A stretch of 64,000 nt of DNA. Source: Gammaproteobacteria bacterium. GTDB lineage: Bacteria; Pseudomonadota; Gammaproteobacteria; SG8-11. Location: contig JAHECY010000004.1 in assembly GCA_024641505.1 (NCBI GenBank), positions 37,133-101,132 of the forward strand. The letters are read 5' to 3'. This document shows, piece by piece, positions 11,174 through 20,391 of this stretch; the stretch's first letter is position 1, and every line of letters starts with the position of its first letter. The translations under genes were made by a program, and so were the position numbers. Under the pieces are notes generated by a model. That model did no database searches, was not told where the DNA came from, and worked only from the letters and a program-made list of their open reading frames with translations.

Positions 11174-12541
11174 ATGAAGCCATACATATTGGTAGTCGAT
11201 GATGAGCCGGATATTCGCCATTTGGTGAAGGATATCCTGGAAGACGAGGGTTATGAAGTTTCGGTGGCGGAAAATGGCACCGCGGCCCGTTTGCAGTTGC
11301 AGGCCCGGACACCGGATCTGACGTTGCTGGATATTTGGATGCCGGATGTGGACGGCATTACCTTGCTGAAAGAATTCACCATGGCAGGACACAATACGCC
11401 TGTGGTCATGATCTCCGGACACGGCACGGTGGAAACCGCCGTCGAAGCGACACGTCTGGGGGCGTTTGATTTTGTCGAAAAGCCCTTGTCCATGGGCAAA
11501 TTGCTGACGACGGTGGAGCGCGCTATCGCCGAGATGCGCAAACCCAAGACCGAAGGCGTGACAGGTCCGGGCAAGGCAGTACCGGAACCGGTCGGTCACA
11601 GTGAGGTGATGCGCACCCTGCGCGCGCGTGCCGCGAAAGTGGCGGAACAGCGCAATACGGTACTGATCTACGGCGAGCCCGGTGCTGGTAAAAGCATGTT
11701 TGCGCGTTATATTCATGGTTTGAGCGATCAGGCAAGTGGCCCGTTTCTCACCGTCAATTTAGCCAGTCTTGAGACCGAACAAATTCATAAAGTGTTGTTT
11801 GGCAATGGCTTGGGGACGGCTGAGGCGTCGGAAAGCGCGTTCGTGCAGGCGCGCGGCGGTACCTTATTTATCAATAACGTCAGTGTCGCCGAATTGTCGG
11901 TGCAGACGCGGTTGGCTGAGATTCTGTCACAGGAAGAAAATGACATCTCGGTGCGCCATGCTGTCGGCACGTTACCGCGTCTCATCGTCGCCACCTCGGA
12001 AGACGTGCGGCCACTGGTGGACGTGGGGCAATTTCGGCGCGATCTGTACTATAAGCTCAATGAAACTCCTTTGTGGATTCCCCCGCTGCGGGATCACCGT
12101 GAAGACGTGCCGGAGTTGCTCGGTTATTTCGTCGATCTGGCAATGGCCGAGAATCAATTGCCTTACCGGAAATTCAGTTTTGCCGCCCAGAACTGGCTGC
12201 GCAATTACAGTTGGCTGGGTAATGCGCTGGAAATGAAGAATCTGGTAAAGAGCCTGCTGGTGTTGGGTAATGAAGCGGACATAGAAGTTGATGAAGTTAA
12301 AGCGATTCTAGGTCATAATTTCGCTGTCGAACCGTCCGGCACGGGGGATGCGCAGCAGGATTTCGAGCTGCCGCTACGCGAAGCCCGCGAACGCTTCGAA
12401 AAAGCCTATCTGGAATTTCATTTGCGTGCCGCCAACGGTAACGTCGGAGTGGTAGCACGCAAAGCCGGTATGGAGCGTACGCATCTGTATCGTAAATTCC
12501 GTGCGCTCGGCATAGACCCTAAGAATATCCGTCACGACTGA
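11174..12541 (+). CDS. NtrX-like response regulator (REC - degenerate AAA+ - Fis HTH)
   Basis: REC VVDDE...LDIWMPD...EKP; Walker A GEPGAGKS; [19 protein letters not shown] is absent. Confidence 0.9.
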   Translation: MKPYILVVDDEPDIRHLVKDILEDEGYEVSVAENGTAARLQLQARTPDLTLLDIWMPDVDGITLLKEFTMAGHNTPVVMISGHGTVETAVEATRLGAFDFVEKPLSMGKLLTTVERAIAEMRKPKTEGVTGPGKAVPEPVGHSEVMRTLRARAAKVAEQRNTVLIYGEPGAGKSMFARYIHGLSDQASGPFLTVNLASLETEQIHKVLFGNGLGTAEASESAFVQARGGTLFINNVSVAELSVQTRLAEILSQEENDISVRHAVGTLPRLIVATSEDVRPLVDVGQFRRDLYYKLNETPLWIPPLRDHREDVPELLGYFVDLAMAENQLPYRKFSFAAQNWLRNYSWLGNALEMKNLVKSLLVLGNEADIEVDEVKAILGHNFAVEPSGTGDAQQDFELPLREARERFEKAYLEFHLRAANGNVGVVARKAGMERTHLYRKFRALGIDPKNIRHD

Positions 12542-12594
12542 CGCCGGCATTACCGGCGCCATCGGTTGATGGCAACTGGTATGGACTGCACACA

Positions 12595-13968
12595 ATGAAA
12601 ATAATAATCCTGGGCGCGGGTCAAGTGGGCGCCAGCGTTGCGGAGCATTTGGCCAGCGAAGCCAACGATATTACGGTCGTCGATACCGACACCAAGCGGC
12701 TGCAGGATTTGCAGGACCGGCTCGATATTCGCACGGTTAGCGGTCATGCATCTTATCCTGCAGTGCTGCAAACCGCCGGTGCCGAGGACGCGGACATGAT
12801 CATCGCCGTTACCAATAGCGATGAGATCAACATGGTCGCCTGCCAGATTTCCTATACCATCTTTCACACGCCAACCAAGATCGCACGAGTGCGGGCGTTG
12901 GAGTATCTGGCGTTTCCCAGTCTGTTTGCCCAGGAAGTGTTTCCCGTGGACGTGTTGATCAGCCCGGAACAGTTGATCACTGACTATATTCTGCGTCTGG
13001 TGGAAAACCCCGGGGCGTTACAGGTGCTGGATTTCGCCGATGGCAAAGTGCGCCTGGTTGGTGTCAAGGCTTACTATGGAGGTCCCCTGGTGGGGCAGGA
13101 GCTGCGCACCTTCAAGGACCATTTACCCGGTGTCGACACCCGCGTGGCGGCGATATTTCGCCGTGGCAAAGCCATCCTGCCGGAAGGCAATACCATCATT
13201 GAGGCGGATGACGAAGTATTTTTCCTGGCGGCCACCAAAGATATCCGAACCGTGATGAGCGAGCTGCGCCGTCTGGACAAGCCGTGCAAGCGCATCATGA
13301 TCGCTGGCGGCGGCAATATCGGTGTGCGTCTGGCACGCACTTTGGAGCGTGCCTATCAGGTAAAGCTCATCGATCACAATACGCTGCGCGCGGAAAATAT
13401 TTCCCGTGAGCTGGACCGCACCATCGTACTGCACGGCGATGCGGCGGATGAGGACTTGCTTCTGGAGGAAGGTATCGAACATGCGGATGTGTTTTGCGCC
13501 GTCACCAATGATGATGAAGCCAATATACTCTCGGCGATGCTCGCCAAACGCATGGGGGCGCGCAAGGTCATGTCCTTGATCAATCGCGCCGCCTATGTAG
13601 ACCTGGTGCAGAGCGGTATCATCGACGTCGCGATATCGCCGGAACAAATTACCATCGGCAGCCTGTTGGCGCATATCCGCCGGGGCGATGTCGCGGTGGT
13701 GCATTCCCTGCGGCGCGGTGCCGCTGAAGCCATTGAAGCGATTGCGCATGGCGACAAGAAATCTTCCAAGGTGGTCGGGCGTATGATCGAAGAGATCAAG
13801 TTGCCGCCTGGTACCACTATTGGCGCTATTGTGCGCGGTGAAGAGGTGTTGATCGCGCACCGCGAAATCATGGTGGAAGCGGAAGACCATGTGATCATGT
13901 TTGTGGTGGATAAGAAACGCATTTCGGAAGTGGAGCGGCTATTTCAGGTGGGCGTGACTTTCATGTGA
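12595..13968 (+). CDS. trkA: Trk potassium uptake NAD-binding subunit
   Basis: [12 protein letters not shown] and a second GGGNIG RCK repeat; 457 aa. Confidence 0.97.
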   Translation: MKIIILGAGQVGASVAEHLASEANDITVVDTDTKRLQDLQDRLDIRTVSGHASYPAVLQTAGAEDADMIIAVTNSDEINMVACQISYTIFHTPTKIARVRALEYLAFPSLFAQEVFPVDVLISPEQLITDYILRLVENPGALQVLDFADGKVRLVGVKAYYGGPLVGQELRTFKDHLPGVDTRVAAIFRRGKAILPEGNTIIEADDEVFFLAATKDIRTVMSELRRLDKPCKRIMIAGGGNIGVRLARTLERAYQVKLIDHNTLRAENISRELDRTIVLHGDAADEDLLLEEGIEHADVFCAVTNDDEANILSAMLAKRMGARKVMSLINRAAYVDLVQSGIIDVAISPEQITIGSLLAHIRRGDVAVVHSLRRGAAEAIEAIAHGDKKSSKVVGRMIEEIKLPPGTTIGAIVRGEEVLIAHREIMVEAEDHVIMFVVDKKRISEVERLFQVGVTFM

Positions 13969-14028
13969 ACTCTTGCCCGATCCGGACGCGAACCGGCAGG
14001 CAATTTCCGTTAGGGATCGATAGCATTC

Positions 14029-15480
14029 ATGCGTTACATCGTGATTCAGAAGGTGTTGGGGTCGTTGCTGATGATGTTCAGTTTCACCATGCTCCCCCCG
14101 GCGTTGATATCGTTTATTTATGACGATCATACCGCGTACCCGTTTTTGAGCGCTTTTGCGCTCACCGTGGTGACCGGATTGGTGCTGTGGCTGCCGGTGA
14201 AGCACGTGCACCGGGAGTTGCGTTTGCGCGACGGTTTTGTGATTGTCGTGATGTTCTGGGTGGTGCTCGGCCTGTTTGGCGCCTTGCCGTTCATTCTGGC
14301 GGAATCGTTGCAGATCTCGGTCACCGACTCGGTTTTTGAATCGGTTTCCGGTCTTACCACGACCGGGGCCACTGTCATTACCGGGATCGATGGTTTGCCC
14401 GCGTCGATACTCTACTACCGCCAGCAACTGCAATGGTTGGGCGGCATGGGTATCATCGTGCTGGCGGTGGCCATCATGCCGATGCTGGGTATCGGTGGCA
14501 TGCAGTTGTACCGGGCGGAAACGCCCGGGCCAATGAAGGATTCAAAGCTTACCCCGCGCATTACCGAGACCGCAAAGGCGCTTTGGTACATCTACCTTGG
14601 ACTCACCGTGGTGTGCGCGCTGAGCTATAAATTGGCGGGCATGAATTGGTTCGACGCGGTCGGTCACAGCTTTTCCACCGTGGCGATCGGCGGATTTTCA
14701 ACGCATGACGCCAGCATCGGATATTTTCATAACGCGTTCATCGAAGTGGTGGCTGTGATCTTCATGTTCATATCCGGCGTTAATTTCGCGCTGCACTTCG
14801 TCGCCTGGCGTTCGCTGAGTCCGCGGCCATATTTACTGGATCCGGAGTTTCGCACCTACTTTTTGTTACTGGCCGCGCTGGCGCTGATTTCCAGTACCTA
14901 TCTGTATATTCAGGGGACGTTTGCGAGTGTCTGGTCGGCGTTGCATCATGGGATTTTTCAGGCGGTATCGATCGGCACCACCACGGGGTTTACCACCGCG
15001 GACTACTATTCCTGGCCGGGATTCCTGCCGGTGTTGTTGTTGTTCGCCAGTTTTATCGGCGGTTGCGCCGGCTCCACCGGTGGTGGTATGAAAGTCATTC
15101 GGGTCTTGTTGTTGTACAAACAGGGGATACGGGAAATTCTGCGTTTGATCCACCCCAGCGCCCGGATTCCGGTCAAGGTGGGCAGTAAACCTTTGTCGGA
15201 GACGGTGATCAGCTCCGTATGGGGTTTCTTTTCCCTGTATGTGGCGTCGTTCGTGGTGATTTTGCTGCTGCTGATGGCCACCGGCCTGGATCAGATCACG
15301 GCTTTTTCCGCGGTTGCCGCCTGCATCAATAACCTGGGTCCGGGGCTTGGTGATGTCGGCGCCCATTACGGCACGATCAATAGTATGTCCAAGTGGGTGC
15401 TGTGTCTGGCGATGCTCATGGGGCGTCTGGAGATTTTTACGATCCTGGTTATTATGTCTCCCGCATTTTGGCGCAAGTAG
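14029..15480 (+). CDS. trkH: Trk potassium uptake membrane subunit
   Basis: SGLTTTGAT, QWLGGMG, GGFST, GSTGGGMK, NNLGPG, GRLE pore motifs. Confidence 0.96.
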   Translation: MRYIVIQKVLGSLLMMFSFTMLPPALISFIYDDHTAYPFLSAFALTVVTGLVLWLPVKHVHRELRLRDGFVIVVMFWVVLGLFGALPFILAESLQISVTDSVFESVSGLTTTGATVITGIDGLPASILYYRQQLQWLGGMGIIVLAVAIMPMLGIGGMQLYRAETPGPMKDSKLTPRITETAKALWYIYLGLTVVCALSYKLAGMNWFDAVGHSFSTVAIGGFSTHDASIGYFHNAFIEVVAVIFMFISGVNFALHFVAWRSLSPRPYLLDPEFRTYFLLLAALALISSTYLYIQGTFASVWSALHHGIFQAVSIGTTTGFTTADYYSWPGFLPVLLLFASFIGGCAGSTGGGMKVIRVLLLYKQGIREILRLIHPSARIPVKVGSKPLSETVISSVWGFFSLYVASFVVILLLLMATGLDQITAFSAVAACINNLGPGLGDVGAHYGTINSMSKWVLCLAMLMGRLEIFTILVIMSPAFWRK

Positions 15481-15547
15481 CCCGTCATCCACCTGGTGCT
15501 TGATAGACCAGATCGCACAGGAATCCACTGCCTTGACTTCGTTGCCG

Positions 15548-16129
15548 ATGTCCGAAAAATGGGATCAACGCTATCGACAGCAACTTGCCGATGGTTATCG
15601 TCCGGAGCCGGTGGCGGTGCTGACCGCCAATGCACACTGGTTGCCGCCGGCACCGGCAGCGGCGTTGGACCTGGCTTGTGGCCTCGGTGCCAATGCGCAG
15701 TGGCTGGCGGCCCGGGGCTTTGCGGTGATGGCCACGGATATCTCACCGGTAGCGATCGCCCACTTGCAGGAGGTCGCCGCACGGCACTCGTACGCGATCA
15801 CGGCGCAGGTGAGTGATGTTACGCAGTCGCCGCTTCCGGCGGCATCCTATCTGGTCATTGTGGTCAGCCAGTTTCTGGAGCGCGCGCTGTTTCCCCGGTT
15901 GTGCCACGCGCTGGCGCCGGGAGGCATGCTTTTCTACCAGACCTACACGCGGGAGCGGCCGACGTGTGCAACCGGCCCTGCCAATCCCGCGTATCTGCTG
16001 GCACCCAATGAATTGCTGCATTTGTGTTCTCCGCTGGTGGTGCGTTACTACCAGGAACCCGGCCTTGGCGTGCCGCACGGGTTTGTCTGTCCGGCGGGCT
16101 GCGCGCAAATCGTGGCCCAAAAGCCCTGA
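15548..16129 (+). CDS. Class I SAM-dependent methyltransferase (TehB-like)
   Basis: MSEKWDQRY start, ALDLACGLGAN motif I, LAPGG, NPAYLL. Confidence 0.82.
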   Translation: MSEKWDQRYRQQLADGYRPEPVAVLTANAHWLPPAPAAALDLACGLGANAQWLAARGFAVMATDISPVAIAHLQEVAARHSYAITAQVSDVTQSPLPAASYLVIVVSQFLERALFPRLCHALAPGGMLFYQTYTRERPTCATGPANPAYLLAPNELLHLCSPLVVRYYQEPGLGVPHGFVCPAGCAQIVAQKP

Positions 16130-16165
16130 GTGATAGCGCACAGAGTTGTGTGATATCACTCAGGG
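16124..16165. promoter_or_regulatory. Inverted repeat: candidate bEBP enhancer (UAS) or terminator
   Basis: CCCTGAGTGATA-gcgcaca-gagt-tgtgtga-TATCACTCAGGG has a perfect 12-bp outer stem and no U-tract. It ends about 60 bp upstream of the -24 element. Confidence 0.55.
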
Positions 16166-16227
16166 TAATCTCTGCTCGTCCATCATCATTTCTCTCCAAC
16201 TTAATGTAATTAAACAGTATTTTATGA

Positions 16228-16243
16228 TGGCCCGGGTCTTGCT
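16228..16243 (+). promoter_or_regulatory. sigma54 (-24/-12) promoter
   Basis: TGGCCCGGGTCTTGCT is GG-N10-GC with TTGCT, close to TGGCAC-N5-TTGCW. It is preceded by an AT-rich tract (16200-16225), and a bEBP gene lies downstream in the same cluster. Confidence 0.72.
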
Positions 16244-16341
16244 TAAAGCAGGAACTCGCGGTCTGACGGCGGCGTTTGCGGCTAGTTCAAGGGCAAGTGT
16301 TGACGGGGACCGCCTGGTGTTGATCGATAGGTTGAGAATTT

Positions 16342-16608
16342 ATGATCCAGAATGCCGAAGTTTCATGGCTGCGGCTGCCACGCCACCGGTGCCGCCATGC
16401 AGGCCGGGTATTGGTTGCGTTGCTGTTGGTCAGCGGACAAGGATGTGCGGGCATAGAGCCCTGGGAACATCAGTACCACGCGGACCCGATCATGCAACTG
16501 GTGGATGACGGTGAAGAACTGGCTTATCAGCAACATATGTTTCGAGCTCTGGCGCAGGGACTCACCGGCGCGCCCGTGGGGGGCGGTGGTTGCGGCTGTG
16601 AGCAGTGA
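16342..16608 (+). CDS. DUF4266-type small lipoprotein
   Basis: Lipobox-like LLLVSGQG-C, then IEPWE...ADPIM and C-terminal GGGGCGC. Confidence 0.82.
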   Translation: MIQNAEVSWLRLPRHRCRHAGRVLVALLLVSGQGCAGIEPWEHQYHADPIMQLVDDGEELAYQQHMFRALAQGLTGAPVGGGGCGCEQ

Positions 16609-16691
16609 CGTCGCGGTTTTTTACGTCGATACACGCGCGCCGCGCCATGGGCAAATTTGATTGTTTCAATTTGACGTTAACGGGAGTAGGT

Positions 16692-18242
16692 ATGCAGATG
16701 TGTGCACATACAAAGAAAGTGTTGTTAGCCATGTTGATGGCGACCACGCTAGCGGGTTGTAACAGCGGTTCCGGCAACAACGGAAGTGTTGCGGCCAAAA
16801 TCGACGAGAATCCGGCCAAGTACTACGTGTTCGCGGTGGATCATGAGGGTTATGTCAACATTTATTCAGATGACGGCGGCCTCGGCATCGAGAAATCGTC
16901 GCAATCCTTTCAGCCCAAAAACAAGCAAGGCGGGGCATTGTCACTGGGTGAAATTCACTTCGTCAAGGGTAAAGCCGTGCTGGTGGTGCAAAACGGCTTC
17001 ACCGATGATGCGGGTACCGCTATCGGTGGCGGTATTATCATAGTCGACGTCGCCACGCAGGCCTTGGAGTACATGATTCCCCTGCAATCAAGCAATGGTC
17101 TGGTCACGCGGCTCGTCCACAGCTATCTGGACCCGGACGGGCAGCATTTGTGGATCAATAACGACGGACCGAACGGCAGTTCCGGTTTGACCGTGGAAGA
17201 AATCGCCATGGCGGATTCAGTGTTCCGGGTGAATGTGGATCATGAAGATACCATGGACCTGGATGCCGACGGTTTGGGCGATGATATCTACATTGGCGCT
17301 TTCGTCGATGCCGATGCCGGCCACAACAATAATGCCAATGAAATCATCGTCGGTAACGGTCACAAGAAGAGTACCTTTACCGGTTCTGACGCCGGCGGCA
17401 TGGCCATGAAATATTTCATGACCCACAATATGACCGATAAAACCGTATCCGTCATTGACAATGACCCCGCTGCCGCGAGCTTTCTGACGGTGGTGAAAAC
17501 TATCAGTCTGGGCGACAGCGCGCCGCATGGCATGGATTTTTCGCATCACAGCGGCCATGTCTATACCGGGTTGGTAAGTGGCAGCAATGCGGTAAATATC
17601 ATTGACGCCACCGATATGACTTTGCCGGCGGGCAATATCGCAGCGGGTACCGATGCCGGCCAGATTCCCGCCGGTGGTTACGTGCATACGCATGACGACT
17701 GGGTTTATACCGCGGGTTACAAAAATGGCGTGGGCTACCTGTCCGTGATTGATGCGGCTACCGACACCGTGTTGGAGGTTATTGATCTGGGAAATATTTC
17801 CTCAAGCAGCTTCAATATCAGCCACATGAGCATGACCCACGGCACCATGACCCATGAAATGCTCAAGGTGTATGTGCCGAGTCGCACTTCCGGTACTGCG
17901 GAGAATGATAAAATCGCGGTGGTTGAATTGGATATGACCACCGGCATGCGTAAAGCCGATGTGGCTGTGAAGCACATTCCCGTTGGCGCCGGCAGCGACC
18001 ATCGTAACGGTAAGATTACCCCCGACGGTATGCATGCTTACTACCCTAACGGCGGTGATTGCGGCGTGGACCATGCAAGTCACGGTCCCAACTGCACCAC
18101 GATATCAGTTATCAATACCATGACCGATGAAGTGATCGCCATTCTCAATACCGAAGGCCATGAGCCCGGCTCCATTGGGATTGTTGAGGCCACCGGTAAT
18201 GAATCCATGACCGGTGATCCGGGTCACGAGCACATGCACTAG
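16692..18242 (+). CDS. His/Met-rich YVTN-type beta-propeller lipoprotein
   Basis: RBS GGAG then MQMCAHTKKVLLAMLMATTLAG-C lipobox; repeated VSVID/LSVID/ISVIN and PHGM blade motifs; tail GHEHMH. Confidence 0.8.
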   Translation: MQMCAHTKKVLLAMLMATTLAGCNSGSGNNGSVAAKIDENPAKYYVFAVDHEGYVNIYSDDGGLGIEKSSQSFQPKNKQGGALSLGEIHFVKGKAVLVVQNGFTDDAGTAIGGGIIIVDVATQALEYMIPLQSSNGLVTRLVHSYLDPDGQHLWINNDGPNGSSGLTVEEIAMADSVFRVNVDHEDTMDLDADGLGDDIYIGAFVDADAGHNNNANEIIVGNGHKKSTFTGSDAGGMAMKYFMTHNMTDKTVSVIDNDPAAASFLTVVKTISLGDSAPHGMDFSHHSGHVYTGLVSGSNAVNIIDATDMTLPAGNIAAGTDAGQIPAGGYVHTHDDWVYTAGYKNGVGYLSVIDAATDTVLEVIDLGNISSSSFNISHMSMTHGTMTHEMLKVYVPSRTSGTAENDKIAVVELDMTTGMRKADVAVKHIPVGAGSDHRNGKITPDGMHAYYPNGGDCGVDHASHGPNCTTISVINTMTDEVIAILNTEGHEPGSIGIVEATGNESMTGDPGHEHMH

Positions 18243-18252
18243 GTAACCTCCC

Positions 18253-18305
18253 GCCGGTGTTGTCGGGGCATGTCATTTGCCATGCCCCGGTAATGCCGGT
18301 TTTTT
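18253..18305 (+). terminator. Intrinsic terminator / stabilising hairpin inside the operon
   Basis: 20-bp stem GCCGGTGTTGTCGGGGCATG / CATGCCCCGGTAATGCCGGT, whose 5 non-Watson-Crick positions are all G-U compatible, followed by TTTTT. Confidence 0.75.
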
Positions 18306-18470
18306 GCAATAGTCGCATCCCGACATCAACACAAAATTTCACCAAGACATCAGGTACGCAAATTCATGGCGCAATGTCTTGAAAAGAATTTATCCGTCCG
18401 GTCCTGGCGCCCTGGCGCGATAACCGGAGTTGCATACGGGCGGATGCGAATCATACATCCCTCGGCATAG

Positions 18471-19610
18471 GTGTCCTTGCGTATGTGCAGAAAGCTCTCA
18501 ACAGTGTTGTGGCCCCTGGTGGCGGGTTTGGGTCTGGGCGTGGCGCAGGCGCCCTGGGCGCAAGACGAGTTACAGTTGTTTTTTGGTTATTACGCCGATG
18601 ACAGCGGCTTGACCGTGCAGTCACCGAGCATTCGTTTGGGTAAAATGCTGTCCGAAGCAAATACATTCGGTATTAAATACACCCGTGAAAAATTCAATAA
18701 GGAGGCTCCCGCAAACGCGGTTGACGCGGTGAGCGGCGCCACCACGGTTGCCGGTGGCTCAGGCAGCGGTTTCAGCGAAGTACGCCATGAATGGGTGCTT
18801 ACCGACAGCCATAACTTTGGGGATACCGCTGTGACCGGCGGAGTATTTTTCAGCGAGGAAACTGATTTCAAATCCGAGGGGGTGTCGCTGGCCCTGTCGC
18901 GCCAGATGTTGCGCAACAATCTCACGCTTACCGGCATGTATAACTACACCGGTGATGAAATCGACAAACATGATGCCGTGGCATCAGAAAAATTTCCCAG
19001 AACCAAAGAGGTTAATGGCCTAACATTGGCGGCAACCCAGATCGTCAATCCCGTGCTGGTTGTGGTCGGTGGTTATAGCTATGCAGCGGTGGAGGGTTAT
19101 CAGAGTCAGCCGTTGCGCAAGATTTCCATTGATCAAGAGGTATCCGGTGGCGGTGGCACGGTATCTTATGTCTATGAAGAAAGGCACCCGCGACAACGTG
19201 AACGTCAGACGTTGTTCTTTCGCGCCAAGCAATACTTTCAGACGCGCACCAGCGCGGATGTCAATTTATCCTATTACCGCGATGACTGGGGCGTGGATGC
19301 CTCGGCTGTCGATATCAAGCTGCAGCAATACTTGCATCCGATGTTGATAGTGCGCGGACGCATGCGTTATTACCACCAGAGCGCCGCAGATTTTTATCGG
19401 GAATCCTATGCCATGCCCCAGGACCTGATGACTGCCGATTCCCGGTTGCGACAATTTGACACCTTACTTTCGGGGGTCAAGCTGTTATACGCTTGGGACA
19501 ATCTGGGATGGCGGGGTTGGTCTACGTCCCTGAATTACGAGCGCTATCGGGAAACACGGCAGGGACTTAAGGCGGATATCCTCATGTTGAGTATTAAAGC
19601 TCCGCTTTGA
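18471..19610 (+). CDS. DUF3570-type outer-membrane beta-barrel protein
   Basis: Signal peptide, VDAVSGAT motif, SEETDF-S, ERHPRQR, YYRDDWGV, ADFY, TADSRL; amphipathic strands; near a DUF4266-type gene. Confidence 0.8.
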   Translation: MSLRMCRKLSTVLWPLVAGLGLGVAQAPWAQDELQLFFGYYADDSGLTVQSPSIRLGKMLSEANTFGIKYTREKFNKEAPANAVDAVSGATTVAGGSGSGFSEVRHEWVLTDSHNFGDTAVTGGVFFSEETDFKSEGVSLALSRQMLRNNLTLTGMYNYTGDEIDKHDAVASEKFPRTKEVNGLTLAATQIVNPVLVVVGGYSYAAVEGYQSQPLRKISIDQEVSGGGGTVSYVYEERHPRQRERQTLFFRAKQYFQTRTSADVNLSYYRDDWGVDASAVDIKLQQYLHPMLIVRGRMRYYHQSAADFYRESYAMPQDLMTADSRLRQFDTLLSGVKLLYAWDNLGWRGWSTSLNYERYRETRQGLKADILMLSIKAPL

Positions 19611-19665
19611 GCAAACAAAATCGTATATCGTCAGTTCCCGTCGATAGAGTGTAGACTTCACGATT

Positions 19666-20367
19666 ATGGAATTAACCCTGCCGCTCGCATTTACCATTGG
19701 TCTGTTCAGCACCTTGCATTGTGTAGGTATGTGCGGGGGCGTTATCGGTACCTTGAGCATGAGTCTGGCGCCGCACATACGAAATCACCGGCTAAAGCTG
19801 CTGGGTTTTGTGCTGGTTTACAGTGTGGGGCGTATTTCCAGTTATGCTGTGGCGGGATTTGTCCTGGCATTGGCGGGCAGCGAAATATTTAATGCGCTCA
19901 GCCCCCAGTACGGGCACCATGCCCTCACCTGGTTATCGTCGTTGCTGATCGGCTTGATAGGCGTGTATCTGGCGGGCTGGTTTCCCGGGCTCAATCGTCT
20001 GGAACGCCTGGGGCAGCCTTTGTGGCGGAAAATTGAGCCCATCGGCAGGCGTTTGCTGCCGGTATCGACACTGACTCACGCCTATGTGTTCGGATCGATT
20101 TGGGGTTGGTTGCCTTGTGGTCTGGTGTATACCACCTTGTTATGGGCGGCTTCGGCGGGCAGTGGCATGGAGGGCGCCTTGATGATGCTGGCGTTTGGAT
20201 TGGGGACTTTACCTGTGGTGCTTGCCGCGGGTATGCTCACGAGTGGTTTGCTCAGGTATTTGCGGATGTCGGCAACGCGACGTTATGCGGGCATGGTAAT
20301 GATAGGTTTGGCCGTGCTCAGCGTTTGGTATGAATCGCAAACACATACCGCACACCTGCATCATTAA
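19666..20367 (+). CDS. DsbD_2 / UreH-like (TauE/SafE-annotated) membrane protein
   Basis: LHCVGMCGG, YSVGRISSY, GWLPCGLVY, FGLGTLP motifs; His-rich tail THTAHLHH. Confidence 0.85.
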   Translation: MELTLPLAFTIGLFSTLHCVGMCGGVIGTLSMSLAPHIRNHRLKLLGFVLVYSVGRISSYAVAGFVLALAGSEIFNALSPQYGHHALTWLSSLLIGLIGVYLAGWFPGLNRLERLGQPLWRKIEPIGRRLLPVSTLTHAYVFGSIWGWLPCGLVYTTLLWAASAGSGMEGALMMLAFGLGTLPVVLAAGMLTSGLLRYLRMSATRRYAGMVMIGLAVLSVWYESQTHTAHLHH

Positions 20368-20391
20368 AATAATTGCATAGGGCTCAGGGGC

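Noticed and set aside
18367-18434. sigma54-like strings TGGCGCAATGTCTTGA and TGGCGCGATAACCGGAGTTGCA before the DUF3570-type gene
   Set aside because: The GG-N10-GC spacing is not met.
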